Shown here one piece after another: positions 28,597 through 39,108 of a stretch of 64,000 nt of DNA (its first letter is position 1; every line of letters starts with the position of its first letter). Under the pieces are notes generated by a model that saw only the letters and a list, made by a program, of their open reading frames with translations, did no database searches and had not been told where the DNA came from. Location of the stretch: assembly GCA_963719515.1 (NCBI GenBank), contig CAVRCJ010000008.1, forward strand, positions 90,911-154,910. The letters run 5' to 3'. The translations under genes were made by a program, and so were the position numbers. Origin of the DNA: an uncultured cyanobacterium. GTDB taxonomy: Bacteria; Cyanobacteriota; Cyanobacteriia; CAKZMO01.

Positions 28597-29901
28597 ATGT
28601 TTCAAGCCACCCGCAGGCGGCTCGCCCTTTGGTATACCGGCGTCACCGCCGTACTCCTCCTCCTGTTCGCCACCGGCTTTTACCTCTACGTCCGCCACAC
28701 CCTCGTCGAGCGGGTCGATGATACCCTCAACCACGTCATCGAAGTCGTCCAGCGATCGCTCGTCATTGAGCCCGACGGGCCCCTAGAGGCCTCCCAGCTG
28801 CACATCAACATCGACGCTAGCTTTCGCAACAAGGCTCAGTCCGTGGAGGATGACCGCATTGACCTTGAGTGGTTCGGCCCTACCGGAACGCTAGAGTGGT
28901 CTACCCTAGAGCAGCCCCTGGCTGTCCCCATCCACCTAAACCCCAACGGCGAAACGGTGTACATCACCGACGACCTGCTGCTGCGGCAGATTACCCAGCG
29001 CATTCAGGTGGGCCGACAGGTGCTGGGCTATCTGCGGGTGAGCCACCCCTGGTTTGAGGTCACCAAGCCCATCCGCCAGCTGACTGTAGACTTAGCGATT
29101 GGCACCACGCTGACCCTAGGGGTTGTCGCCGGCATTGGCTGGCTTCTTTCCGGCCTCGCCATGCAGCCCATCCGCCATTCCTACCACCAGCTTAAGCAGT
29201 TCACCGCCGACGCCTCCCACGAGCTGCGCAACCCCATCGCCGTGATTCAAACCAATGTCCAGGTGGCCCTCGCCGACCCGGACCCGGACCCGCAGCAGCA
29301 GGAGGCCCAGTTTCGGGTGGTTGAGCGCGTTACCCGGCGGCTGGGTCGCCTAGTGGACGACCTGCTGTTTTTGGCCCGGCAGGAAAGTGGTATCGACCAG
29401 CAGGCGGCGCAGCCCGTCTCCCTCTACGCCCTGCTCAACGACGTGCTGGACGAGCAGCAGGCGATCGCCGTTGAGCAAGGAGTCACCCTGACGCTAGCGC
29501 CCAATGAAGAGAGCCCCTATCCCGCGACGCCGCTGTGCTGGGTGGAGGGCGATCGCGACCAGCTAGCGCGGCTGTTCACTAACCTGATTGGCAACGGGCT
29601 GCAGTACACGCCAGCAGGGGGAGCGGTGGCGGTGCAGCTAGACCTGCTCTCCGATGCGGTGCGGGTTGAGGTGAGCGATACGGGCATCGGCATCTCTGCG
29701 GAAGACCTGCCCCATATCTTTGACCGGTTTTACCGGGCTAGCGTCCGAGCCAGTCAGCTGTCCCGCAGTGCCCAAACGGGAACCGGACTCGGTCTGGCGA
29801 TCGCCAAGGCCATTGTGGAAAACCATCGCGGCCAGATTGACGTTGGCAACAGCGCCAAGGGAGCGATGTTTACCGTCAAGCTGCCTTTGAGCGATCGCTA
29901 A
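28597..29901 (+). CDS. Two-component sensor histidine kinase
   Basis: Two TM segments, H-box FTADASHELRNP, N-box NLIGNGLQY, DTGIG, GTGLGLAI. Confidence 0.92.
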   Translation: MFQATRRRLALWYTGVTAVLLLLFATGFYLYVRHTLVERVDDTLNHVIEVVQRSLVIEPDGPLEASQLHINIDASFRNKAQSVEDDRIDLEWFGPTGTLEWSTLEQPLAVPIHLNPNGETVYITDDLLLRQITQRIQVGRQVLGYLRVSHPWFEVTKPIRQLTVDLAIGTTLTLGVVAGIGWLLSGLAMQPIRHSYHQLKQFTADASHELRNPIAVIQTNVQVALADPDPDPQQQEAQFRVVERVTRRLGRLVDDLLFLARQESGIDQQAAQPVSLYALLNDVLDEQQAIAVEQGVTLTLAPNEESPYPATPLCWVEGDRDQLARLFTNLIGNGLQYTPAGGAVAVQLDLLSDAVRVEVSDTGIGISAEDLPHIFDRFYRASVRASQLSRSAQTGTGLGLAIAKAIVENHRGQIDVGNSAKGAMFTVKLPLSDR

Positions 29902-29914
29902 AGGGGTTCGCCCC

Positions 29915-31447
29915 CTACGAGCGCGCCTGAATGACGCGCACAAACTCAGACCCAACGATGCGCGGCTCACCCTCCACTAGCTGCACCGTGAAGGTTCGCG
30001 CCTCGCGCTGCCTCGAGCCATCGCTGTAGGTGTAAATGTTTTCTCCCACCAGCGTCAGCGCGTCTGCGTCCTGCTCACGCACCTGCAGATTTTCTACCGC
30101 GACCCGCTGAAAATTTTGAAAGAAGCCGGGGTCAAACTGCGCAGCAAGGACCCCTGCAGTCAGCGATCGCGCCTCTGCCCAAGATTGGGATGAGACCTGG
30201 TCGTAAAACTCGGTGACCGTTGCCTGGGCGACAGCTGGGGTCAATTCGTCCGCCGGGTTAGCCTGGGTCGCCGTTGGGGAAATTGGCGGGGGCGCGCAGG
30301 CTCGCCAAGCGAAAGCTCCCGCACCGAAGACGGCGGCGATCGCCATCAGGGTAGGGAGCAGGCGGCCTGAAGGTCTACGGTTCGGTCTCAGGGGAGAGGC
30401 GGCCGCAATCTCTGTGTGACCCCGGCTGAAGCTTTCAGAGGCTCTGGGGCGACCCACCACGGCCACCGTCTGCTGGTCTGGGTCGGGCTGGGGCGGTGGC
30501 GGCGCGGGCTGCGGAGAGGACGCGTTGTCCCTCGCAGGATCTCCGCTGGCGCTGGACTCGCTGAGGGCGGCAGGAAGATGCTGGCTGAGGGCAGCAGGCA
30601 AAGACTGCAGGGCGGCGATCGCCTCTCGGGCTGTGGGGTAGCGGGTACGAAAGTCGTAGCGCACCATGACGTCTAGCACAGACACAAGACCGGCAGGCGC
30701 GCCGGGGGCATAGCGGTGCCAGTCAATTTCCCCAGTGCTGGAATTGTGGGTGAGCTGCTCAGTCTGCTGCCCCGTAAGGGCCTGAATACCCATGATGCCC
30801 ACCGCATAGATATCGCTGCTAAAGCGCGGCTGTCCCGAGAGCTGCTCGCTGGGCATGTAGCCCTGGGTGCCGACGGCCACGGTGTTGGCCGTACCGGGCT
30901 CCAAGTTGACAAGCTGGGTACCGACTTGCTTCACCGCGCCAAAATCTATGGTTACGATCCGGGAATCGCGGTCTCTACGAATGAGGTTGGAGGGCTTTAG
31001 GTCGCGGTGAATGACCCGGTGGTCATGGACGAAGGTCAGCGTGCCCAAAACGTCCCCCAAAAAAGCCACCACATGGGCCGCGTCCCAGGACAATCCATTG
31101 AATTCTTCTGTCAGGGAGTGGCCGTCAATCAACTCCTGGGCCAGATAAAATTCGCCGTTTTCTTCGAAGTGAGCCAGCAGACGGGGAATTTGGGGGTGAT
31201 TGCCGAGTTCGTAGAGGGCGCGGGCCTCGGTGTCAAACAGTCGCCGGGCCACCTGCAGCTGTTGAGCGCCGCGATCGTGAGGTTTGAGCTGCTTGATGAC
31301 GCACTGGGGCTGCCCAGGGAGATGCAGGTCTTGAGCCAAAAAGGTCTGCCCAAATCCGCCCGCCCCAAGCTGCTTGAGGATGCTGTAGCGGCCCCCTAGA
31401 GCTGGCCCGGAGTCCGAGCGGAAAGATCGAAGAAAATTTAGCGCCAT
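29915..31447 (-). CDS. Ser/Thr protein kinase (Hanks type) with TM segment and C-terminal extracytoplasmic domain
   Basis: LGAGGFG, VIKQL, HRDLKPSN, DFG, GTQGYMP. Start is uncertain; the ORF extends to 31552. Confidence 0.92.
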   Translation of the reverse strand: MALNFLRSFRSDSGPALGGRYSILKQLGAGGFGQTFLAQDLHLPGQPQCVIKQLKPHDRGAQQLQVARRLFDTEARALYELGNHPQIPRLLAHFEENGEFYLAQELIDGHSLTEEFNGLSWDAAHVVAFLGDVLGTLTFVHDHRVIHRDLKPSNLIRRDRDSRIVTIDFGAVKQVGTQLVNLEPGTANTVAVGTQGYMPSEQLSGQPRFSSDIYAVGIMGIQALTGQQTEQLTHNSSTGEIDWHRYAPGAPAGLVSVLDVMVRYDFRTRYPTAREAIAALQSLPAALSQHLPAALSESSASGDPARDNASSPQPAPPPPQPDPDQQTVAVVGRPRASESFSRGHTEIAAASPLRPNRRPSGRLLPTLMAIAAVFGAGAFAWRACAPPPISPTATQANPADELTPAVAQATVTEFYDQVSSQSWAEARSLTAGVLAAQFDPGFFQNFQRVAVENLQVREQDADALTLVGENIYTYSDGSRQREARTFTVQLVEGEPRIVGSEFVRVIQARS

Positions 31448-31657
31448 GCTCGCTATTGTATCTGGACTCGACTTTGTGAGTGATACAGCATTTTCCATGC
31501 TGGTGGAGTACGGGTGGTAGTGGCGCGGTGCGCCACTACCACCCAAATCCATACCTCACGCGACTGGAAATCGCTATATGCCGATCTAAAGTGTGGAGTG
31601 TGGGGTATAAGATCAACTGTGGAATCACTGCAGCATTCATCATACGGAGAACTGTCA

Positions 31658-32191
31658 ATGGGACTTTTCGATCAGGTCATTGGGGCAATCGACAACCCGA
31701 AACAGCAGGCTAGCAGCAGCGACCTGGGCGCTATTTTGGGCACGGTGCAGCAGCTCGGCGGAAGTCAGGGCGCTAGCTCAGACAACATTCAAACGCTGAT
31801 GTCGATCGTAGGCCAGTACGCCCGCTCTTCGCTTAAAGAAACGAGCCAGACTGCCGGTCGCGGCCAAGCCGAGGAAATGGTCGATCGCTTCGCCGGTACG
31901 GGCCCCAGCACGGATGCGATGCAGGCTCTATTTTCTCCTCGTCAGCGAGATGAAATTGCCAACACTGCCGCACAGCGCACCGGTCTCAATCGAGACACCA
32001 TCATGACCCTCCTGCCGATTGTGGTTCCCCTGGTGCTTAAGTTCCTCAAAACGGGATCCAGCGCGTCTGGAGTGCCCCGTCAAAATCAGTCCAACTCAGT
32101 GCTGAGCATGTTCCTAGATTCCGACAATGATGGTGATGTGGATATGGGGGATGCCATCGCCATGGCGGGGCGCTTTTTGAGCAACCGGTAG
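31658..32191 (+). CDS. DUF937-like protein
   Basis: MGLFDQVIGAI...LLPIVVPLVL...FLDSDNDGDVDMGD; RBS GGAG upstream. Confidence 0.75.
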   Translation: MGLFDQVIGAIDNPKQQASSSDLGAILGTVQQLGGSQGASSDNIQTLMSIVGQYARSSLKETSQTAGRGQAEEMVDRFAGTGPSTDAMQALFSPRQRDEIANTAAQRTGLNRDTIMTLLPIVVPLVLKFLKTGSSASGVPRQNQSNSVLSMFLDSDNDGDVDMGDAIAMAGRFLSNR

Positions 32192-32232
32192 CCTCCCGCC
32201 ATAAGCCCCCGCCACAAGCTGTAAGCCCGCCC

Positions 32233-33027
32233 TCAATCCTTTAGTGTCGGCGGGCGGAACAGCTTCTCGACCGCCGAGACGATCGCCTGGCGGGGCAAAA
32301 ATCTCGGCAGGTTGGCGGTGAATTGGTTCATGACGCTGCCGCTGACGACTACAGAATCGTCCGAATCGATCGCCTTCAGGATGTCTTCTACGACCGTTTT
32401 AGGAGAGGTGGTTTGCTGCATACCCCCCCCTGAGAGCGAGTCGGGAAATCCTGCCTCATCAAAGAACTTTGTGTCTGTGGGGCCTGGGCAGATGCAGGAG
32501 ACCTGAACGCCGTCTGTCTTTACCTCCGCCCAGAGCGCTTCGCTAAAGCTGAGAACAAAAGACTTAGAGGCTGCGTATATCGACAGGTAAGGAATGGGCT
32601 GAAACGCCGCAATGGAGGCGATGTTGATGATGCTGCCGCGCTGGCGCGATCGCATCCCTGGCAAAAACTGATAGGTCAGGTCCACCAGCGCCAGAACGTT
32701 GAGCCGTACCATATCCAGGTGGCGCTCTCGGGGGCGATCGCCAAAGGCCCCGTATTCCCCGAATCCGGCGTTGTTTACCAAAATATCCACCGCCAGCCCC
32801 TGCTGCTCCGTGGCGGCATAGACGGCTTGAGCTGCGTCAGGCTCCGTCAAGTCCTGGACCACCACGTCAGCGCGAATGCCGTGGCGCTGCTTGAGCTCCT
32901 CGGCGAGCGCATAGAGGACGTCTTCTGAGCGGGCCACCAAAACAAGATTGATGCCCTTTGCGGCCATCTCCTCGGCCAGGGTTTTCCCAATGCCCGAAGA
33001 TGCGCCTGTGACTAACGCTGTTCGCAT
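32233..33027 (-). CDS. Short-chain dehydrogenase/reductase (DltE-like)
   Basis: TGASSGIG, NNAGFG, YAASK, CPGPT. Confidence 0.9.
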   Translation of the reverse strand: MRTALVTGASSGIGKTLAEEMAAKGINLVLVARSEDVLYALAEELKQRHGIRADVVVQDLTEPDAAQAVYAATEQQGLAVDILVNNAGFGEYGAFGDRPRERHLDMVRLNVLALVDLTYQFLPGMRSRQRGSIINIASIAAFQPIPYLSIYAASKSFVLSFSEALWAEVKTDGVQVSCICPGPTDTKFFDEAGFPDSLSGGGMQQTTSPKTVVEDILKAIDSDDSVVVSGSVMNQFTANLPRFLPRQAIVSAVEKLFRPPTLKD

Positions 33028-33064
33028 GCTGCTGTTCCGTAAACGCCATCCAAATTCTAGCGAT

Positions 33065-33745
33065 CTACAGCCTGTCCATGCCGCGACGGAGCTTTTTGGG
33101 TAAAGACAATCCTAAGTTCTGATGGAAATCCTGCTGCACCTTACGGGTCAACCGGCGAGAGACCTGACGCACAATTTGGGTGATGAGGCGATCGCCCGTC
33201 GACTGGATGAGCCCTAGCGGTAGCGCGTGGATAAAGCCCGGAAACTGGATCAGTACGGTGAGATCTAGCGCCCACTTGACCTCCGTCACCAACTGCGCGC
33301 CTTGAGCAACCTCAAAGAGCTCTAGCGCCGCCTGAAAGTCAACTTCGTAGCCCAGGTATTGGGCCTCCGGAATCGGAATGGTTTGAATGCGGTACACTCC
33401 GGACTGCTGCGGCAGCAGCTCTAGGCCGATACGGGGCTCTACGTCGTAACCGAACGCGCCGAATCGACCAATTCTAAGGTCGTAGCCGTTTTTGCCAATG
33501 GCTTCAACCGACATGGGGTGAGCGCACCGATGGAACCAATCGCTGTGGTCATCAAGGTAGTGCGCGACAACCTCTGACGAGGCGTTCATCACCATACTGC
33601 TCGACGAGTGGCTGTGAAATGCGATTGGTTCGTGGGTCTCAACCGATTCCAAGGCGAAATCTCCAGCATCCGGTGACACTAACTCTGAGGCCATTTGTAG
33701 AAGGTTGTCTGGCACTGTCTGTTGGTTCCGAGAGTTGGCCTGCAT
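33065..33745 (-). CDS. DUF1997 family protein
   Basis: WFHRCAHPM, GRFGAFGYDVEPRIGL, QIVRQVSRRLTRKVQQDFH. Confidence 0.8.
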   Translation of the reverse strand: MQANSRNQQTVPDNLLQMASELVSPDAGDFALESVETHEPIAFHSHSSSSMVMNASSEVVAHYLDDHSDWFHRCAHPMSVEAIGKNGYDLRIGRFGAFGYDVEPRIGLELLPQQSGVYRIQTIPIPEAQYLGYEVDFQAALELFEVAQGAQLVTEVKWALDLTVLIQFPGFIHALPLGLIQSTGDRLITQIVRQVSRRLTRKVQQDFHQNLGLSLPKKLRRGMDRL

Positions 33746-34207
33746 AAGCGACGGGGACTCGAGTAGGTCTATACAACAACGTGAGATAGGGCAATCAGCC
33801 GCAAGTCCTGGTAGGGATAGCAGAATATCCTGCTTACAGGAGATGCCGCTAATGTGACCAAGCTCGACAATGGGTACTCGGGACGAAGCTGTGAACCGAT
33901 GGCGTTGTCTAGCAAGCCATCGCCTCGGTGGTGTAACCGAATCATAGCGCCATCGCTAGGGTCGAGGTCAATACCCAATGTCTTTAAATGCCCGTGTCTT
34001 TGATGCCCGTGTCTTTGATGCCCAGGGTCTTTAATCAAGATACATAGGGCTACGCTATGATTCCTCATAACTTAGAAAAAGAATCAGCTTACGATAGCTC
34101 GATTTTATGTAGTTTGATTGTGATCGTCGACAGCAGCAGCCGTAATCTGGCTCAACTGGGCGATCGCCGTCGCAGCCGCACCCAAGTTATCTCAATACCA
34201 AAAACCA

Positions 34208-34867
34208 ATGAAAGCATTTGTCGCAGGGGCTACAGGAGAAACCGGTCGTCGCATCGTCCAGGCGCTCGTTGAGCGTCAGATTCCGGTGAGAGCCCTAGTT
34301 CGAGACTTGGACAAAGGCCGCAGCATTTTGCCCGCAGCGGTAGAGCTAGTGGTGGGCGACGTGCTCAAACCCGACACCCTAGCCGACGCGATCGCCGACA
34401 GCACCGTGCTGCTGAGCGCCACGGGAGCCGCCCCTAGCTTTGATCCCACCGGTCCCTACAAAGTCGACTACGAGGGCAATAAGAACCTGGTGGATGCGGC
34501 TAAAGCGGCAGGCCTAGAGCAGTTTGTGATGGTGTCTTCGATGTGCGTCTCCCGCTTTTTCCATCCGCTCAACCTGTTCTGGCTGATTCTTTACTGGAAG
34601 AAGCAGGCCGAAGACTACCTCCAAAGCAGCGGCATGCCCTACACCATTGTTCGCCCCGGCGGGCTGAAGAACGAAGACGGCAGCGATCCCATCGTCATGG
34701 GCGAAGCCGACACCCTGTTCGAGGGGAGCATCCCGCGATCGCAGGTGGCTCAGGTGTGCGTGGAGGCGCTGTTTGAGTCTGAGGCGAAGAACAAAGTCGT
34801 GGAGATTGTCGCCAGCGCTGAGGCTCCCAAAAAGCCGATAGAAGAGCTGTTTGCCCAAGTGGGATAG
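34208..34867 (+). CDS. NAD(P)-binding atypical SDR (Tic62/Ycf39-like)
   Basis: AGATGETG, VDYEG, FFHPLNLFWLILYWK, IVRPGGL. Confidence 0.88.
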   Translation: MKAFVAGATGETGRRIVQALVERQIPVRALVRDLDKGRSILPAAVELVVGDVLKPDTLADAIADSTVLLSATGAAPSFDPTGPYKVDYEGNKNLVDAAKAAGLEQFVMVSSMCVSRFFHPLNLFWLILYWKKQAEDYLQSSGMPYTIVRPGGLKNEDGSDPIVMGEADTLFEGSIPRSQVAQVCVEALFESEAKNKVVEIVASAEAPKKPIEELFAQVG

Positions 34868-34976
34868 GTTTTCTGCAGGCAACAGGCGGCGGGGGAACAA
34901 CCGTCCCCTTCGTAGCCGCCTCATCTTTAGAAATCGTTACCATAAAAGGAGCTTCTCTTTAGGCAAGCTTTACCCC

Positions 34977-36329
34977 ATGCAGGTTCCCCTAGTCGGAAAA
35001 GTTCGTCGCCCAGGCCTAATTGCCCTTGCCGTCGCTGGCATTCTCAGCATCGGCGGCCTAGCGGCCTACGTCGCCTACCAGCGCCAAACCCGCCAGGTCG
35101 ACACCGAGGCGCTCACGGTGCCTGTGGAGTCGCAGCCCTTAGCGGTGCGGATTACCGCCAGCGGCACTGTTGAAGCGGTGGACAGCGTCAACCTCAGCCC
35201 CCGCACCTCAGACGTGCTGATCGAGGTTTTTGTTGAGCAGGGCGATCGCGTCGCTGAGGGGCAGGTGGTGGCCCGCATGAAGAGCAGCGGCATTGAGGCC
35301 GAGATGGCCCAGGCGGAGGCCCGTATCGCTCAGCTAGAGGCCAGCTTAGCGGCGCTAAGCTCAGGGAGCAGGCCAGAAGAAATTGCCCGAGCTGAGGCCC
35401 AGGTGCGGCAGGCCCAGGCCCAGGTGGCCGACGCCGAGGCCCGGCTACAGCTGGCCGAAGCGCGCGTCGAACGCAATCGCGCGCTGGAAGCTGAGGGTGC
35501 GGTAGCGCTTGACGACCTCGACAACGCCATTCAAGAGCAGCAGCGATCGCAGGCCGGTTTGGCTCAGGTCCAGGCCGGCGTCCAGGAGGCCGAGGACAAT
35601 CTGCGGCTGTTGCGAAACGGCAGCCGCGCCGAAGACATCACCGTCGCCGAGGCCCAGCTGCAGGAGGCCCGCGCCCAAAAGCAGGGCACTCAGGTACGCC
35701 TTGAAGATACGTTTATTCGCGCACCCTTTGCGGGCATCATTACCCAGAAGTTCGCTACCGAAGGGGCGTTTGTGACCCCCACCACCTCCGCTTCAGACGC
35801 CTCATCAGCGACCTCCTCGGCCATCGTCGCCTTGGCCAAGGGGCTGCAGGTGGTGGCAGAGGTGCCTGAGGTCGACATCGGCGAAATCACGCCGGGGCAG
35901 CAGGTGGAGGTGGTGGCCGATGCCTACCCCGATCAGACTTTTGAAGGGCGGGTGGAGCGGGTGGCGCCAGAGGCTATCCAGGACCGCAGCCGGGGAGACT
36001 TTACCTACTTCGAGGTGGTGATTGAGCTGGTGAGCGGGCAGGAGGAGCTCAAGTCGGGGATGAAGACTGACGTGACCTTTGTCGGCGACAACCTGCAGGA
36101 GGCGCTGGTGGTGCCTTCGGTGGCTATTGTCAGCCAGGACGGCCAGCCCGGGGTGCTGGTGACGGATGAGGCGGGGGAGATTCGCTTTCGGCGGGTGACC
36201 CTGGGCTCCCAAGTGGGCAACCAAATCCAGATTTTAGAAGGGGTAGCGTCGGGCGATCGCATTTTCCTAGAGCTGCCCCCCGGTAAGACTTTGGATAACT
36301 TGAACTTTGGCCAAGGGGAAGAAGACTAG
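34977..36329 (+). CDS. Efflux transporter periplasmic adaptor (MacA/HlyD-like)
   Basis: TM anchor, ITASGTV, coiled coil, IRAPFAG, LKSGM. Confidence 0.9.
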   Translation: MQVPLVGKVRRPGLIALAVAGILSIGGLAAYVAYQRQTRQVDTEALTVPVESQPLAVRITASGTVEAVDSVNLSPRTSDVLIEVFVEQGDRVAEGQVVARMKSSGIEAEMAQAEARIAQLEASLAALSSGSRPEEIARAEAQVRQAQAQVADAEARLQLAEARVERNRALEAEGAVALDDLDNAIQEQQRSQAGLAQVQAGVQEAEDNLRLLRNGSRAEDITVAEAQLQEARAQKQGTQVRLEDTFIRAPFAGIITQKFATEGAFVTPTTSASDASSATSSAIVALAKGLQVVAEVPEVDIGEITPGQQVEVVADAYPDQTFEGRVERVAPEAIQDRSRGDFTYFEVVIELVSGQEELKSGMKTDVTFVGDNLQEALVVPSVAIVSQDGQPGVLVTDEAGEIRFRRVTLGSQVGNQIQILEGVASGDRIFLELPPGKTLDNLNFGQGEED

Positions 36330-36331
36330 CC

Positions 36332-37549
36332 ATGAACTTTTTAGAGAGCGTCAAAATGGCCAGCAAGGCGCTGGCCGCCAATAAGCTGCGCAGCACCCTG
36401 ACCATGCTGGGGATCATTATTGGCAACGCCTCGGTGATTGCCATGGTGGGGGTGGGAGAGGGGGCCCAGGACTATATCACAGACGAGATTGAAGGCCTCG
36501 GCCCCAACGTGATGTTCGTCGTCCCCGGCAGCCGCGACACCCAGCGGGCCACCTTCAACGTCCCCAAAACCCTGGTGCTAGAGGATGCGGAGGCGATCGC
36601 TGAGCAGGTGCCCTCAGTGGCGGCGGTGGCCCCCGAATATAACACCCGGGGCCTGATTACCCGAGGCAACCGCAACGTCAACGCTACGGTGGTGGGCACC
36701 ACCGATGGATTCTTGTCGGTGCGCAACTTTGACATGGGCCAGGGTCAGTTCTTTGGAGAGCTGGACGCCCGCCGCAGCAACCCCGTAGCCGTGCTGGGGG
36801 CGGACCTAGCAGAGCGACTGATGGACAGCCGCGACCCCATCGGCCAGACCATCCGCATTGACGACGTTAGCTTTCGGGTGATTGGGGTGCTGGATGAGAA
36901 GGGGACTAACCTGGGGCTGAACTACGATGACGCCGTGGTGATTCCTCTGCTAACGATGACCAATCGGCTGGTAGGGCGCACCTCCCCCTACGGCATTGAG
37001 CTAACCTACATCAGCGCCTCGGTGTCTGACCCCGAGCGTATGGACGCCGCCAAGTTTCAGATTGCCAACCTGCTGCGGCTGCGGCACCAGGTGGTTAGTG
37101 AGGACGACTTTACTATCAACAGCCAGCAGGACATTCTAGAGACGAGCGAGACGATCACCGGAGCGCTGACAACGATGTTGGCTTCGATTGCCAGCATCTC
37201 TCTACTAGTTGGGGGGATTGGCATCATGAACATCATGCTGGTGTCGGTGCGGGAGCGCACTCAGGAAATCGGGCTGCGCAAGGCGGTGGGGGCTTCTCAG
37301 CGAGATGTCCTCAGCCAGTTCATGATCGAGGCGGTAATTTTGTCGGCGGCAGGAGGGGTCATTGGTACGGCCTTGGGGGTGGGCGGAGCGATGCTCATCG
37401 GTTTGGCGACGCCGTTTACCCCAGGCGTATCGGTGACGGCGGCGGTGGTGGCGGTGGTGGTTTCCGGCGGCATTGGCCTCTTCTTTGGCGTCTTTCCGGC
37501 CCGGCAGGCCTCTCGATTGGACCCCATCGTGGCGCTGCGCAGCGCCTAG
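36332..37549 (+). CDS. ABC transporter permease (MacB/FtsX family)
   Basis: NKLRSTLTMLGIIIG, VGGIGIMNIMLVSVRERTQEIGLRKAVGA, PARQASRLDPIVALR. Confidence 0.93.
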   Translation: MNFLESVKMASKALAANKLRSTLTMLGIIIGNASVIAMVGVGEGAQDYITDEIEGLGPNVMFVVPGSRDTQRATFNVPKTLVLEDAEAIAEQVPSVAAVAPEYNTRGLITRGNRNVNATVVGTTDGFLSVRNFDMGQGQFFGELDARRSNPVAVLGADLAERLMDSRDPIGQTIRIDDVSFRVIGVLDEKGTNLGLNYDDAVVIPLLTMTNRLVGRTSPYGIELTYISASVSDPERMDAAKFQIANLLRLRHQVVSEDDFTINSQQDILETSETITGALTTMLASIASISLLVGGIGIMNIMLVSVRERTQEIGLRKAVGASQRDVLSQFMIEAVILSAAGGVIGTALGVGGAMLIGLATPFTPGVSVTAAVVAVVVSGGIGLFFGVFPARQASRLDPIVALRSA

Positions 37550-37625
37550 AGCAGCCTGATAAACTTCGTCTAGGTTGGGAACTGGTTTTGGTTTAAGGTT
37601 GTTGCAGACCCAACTTCCCCCAGCT

Positions 37626-37919
37626 ATGGAACAGCTCCCCCCCAACAACACCATCACTATCACCTACTGCACCCAGTGCCGCTGGCTGTTGCGGACCGCC
37701 TGGATGGCTCAAGAGCTGCTGACCACCTTTGAGCAAGAGATTTCTGAGCTGGCCCTCAAGCCGGGCAGCGGCGGTATCTTCGAGGTGAGCGCCAACGGCA
37801 GGCTGGTGTGGTCCCGGAAGCAGGAGGGGGGCTTTCCAGAGATCACGGAATTAAAGCGGCGGGTGCGCGATGAGATTGCCCCCGAGCGAGACCTGGGTCA
37901 TATTGACAGGACGTCGTAA
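37626..37919 (+). CDS. SelT/SelW/SelH (Rdx) family protein, Cys form
   Basis: ITYCTQCRWLLRTAWMAQELLTTF, GGIFEV, GGFPE. Confidence 0.9.
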   Translation: MEQLPPNNTITITYCTQCRWLLRTAWMAQELLTTFEQEISELALKPGSGGIFEVSANGRLVWSRKQEGGFPEITELKRRVRDEIAPERDLGHIDRTS

Positions 37920-38016
37920 GTTCCCAAGACTTAAACAAAATTTGAATAGATCTGAACTTTTCTAAACGGGCTGCGATCGCCCCCTCAAAAATCTGGTTAA
38001 GTAAAAATTAACGTGC

Positions 38017-38319
38017 ATGGTATTGAGGGACAACGTCATGGAATCCCGTATGTTCGATTTTTACATTCCCCACGAGCTTCGAGACACAGAACATCTAGTC
38101 TCTGAAGCGTTATCCGACGAAGACATCGCGCTCAGCTCGGAGGACCGCAGCGACGGTATTCTCACCACCGCGATCGCCGTTGTGCTGCTGAGCATCAACT
38201 GCTTCGTGATTGCCGCGGCGGTCGCTGAGTTTAGCCGCTCGGCAAAGGTGCTCCCCGTTCCGCAGGCAGAGGTTCAGCAGACGATGGGCCAGTGGCTGGC
38301 GAGCCAAAAGCTGCTCTAG
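38017..38319 (+). CDS. Small hypothetical membrane protein
   Basis: One TM segment; AT-rich upstream region. Confidence 0.55.
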   Translation: MVLRDNVMESRMFDFYIPHELRDTEHLVSEALSDEDIALSSEDRSDGILTTAIAVVLLSINCFVIAAAVAEFSRSAKVLPVPQAEVQQTMGQWLASQKLL

Positions 38320-38796
38320 TTCAAATGTCTGCCTGCATTGAGCCGCTGGAGGTTCTTTTTTTGGGCGGCCTGCAGGACATAGAACGTATAGCCATAGAAG
38401 TCGCTGAATTGCTCGAATAGAATTTCTTCTCAGTTTCCGAATAGCGAGCTGAGTACTTGGTGTGAGTCGATCTCTGCATCCCCTCGGATTTTAGCTCCCG
38501 GCAGAGGCCCCGTGAATCCCCCAGGTCTGGGACTTGGACGAGGTTAGCTTCAAATCTCCTCAGCGGCCAATGGTATAGCGAGCCTGGGTCCTAGGTGTGA
38601 TGTCGTCGGCTTTCATGCCTTGTTACATCTCGGCTATTTTGCCCTGGAGAAGGCCCCCTTTTCTGGTATGCCCGAAGGGCTTTAAGCCCCCAATTCTGGG
38701 GGACTTCAGAGAGGATAGAACTCCTCAAAGTCAATCAGAGCGTGCAGCTCAATTATGAGATAGTTCGCCAGCGGTATCAGCAGAGCGTTGAGGGGT

Positions 38797-39027
38797 GCAA
38801 TTTGAGCTGTAGGCGGTGATCTTTAAAGTTGCGCGGGTGATCTTTTAAAGATCGTGGTCTGTATTTGAGAGTTGAGGGGGCGATCTTTAGAGATCGAGAC
38901 CTACATTTGAGAGTTTAGGCGTCACGCTTTAAAGATCGAGACCTACATTTGAGAGTTGAGGGGTCACGCTTTAAAGATCGAGCGCTGCATTTAAAGCGTA
39001 GGCGGCGATCGCTCAAGATCGCGGCGT
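38797..39027. repeat. Degenerate 21-bp tandem repeat with 42-bp higher-order unit (about 11 units)
   Basis: Alternating units such as acgctttaaagatcgagacct and acatttgagagttgaggggtc. Confidence 0.75.
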
Positions 39028-39108
39028 TGTTTTGACGATGGCGGGCGAGCCGGGGTGGCTCCCACCGTTGGCGTCCCCCTGAGTCGGGGGACTATGTGCT
39101 CGGTTCAG

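Noticed and set aside
37626..37919. Selenoprotein with UGA recoding
   Set aside because: The motif is CTQC with ordinary Cys codons.
38316..38480. Methyltransferase C-terminal remnant on the minus strand (LFEQFSDFYGYTFYVLQ)
   Set aside because: Too short and disrupted to call with confidence.
38797..39027. CRISPR array
   Set aside because: Contiguous degenerate units without unique spacers; no cas genes.
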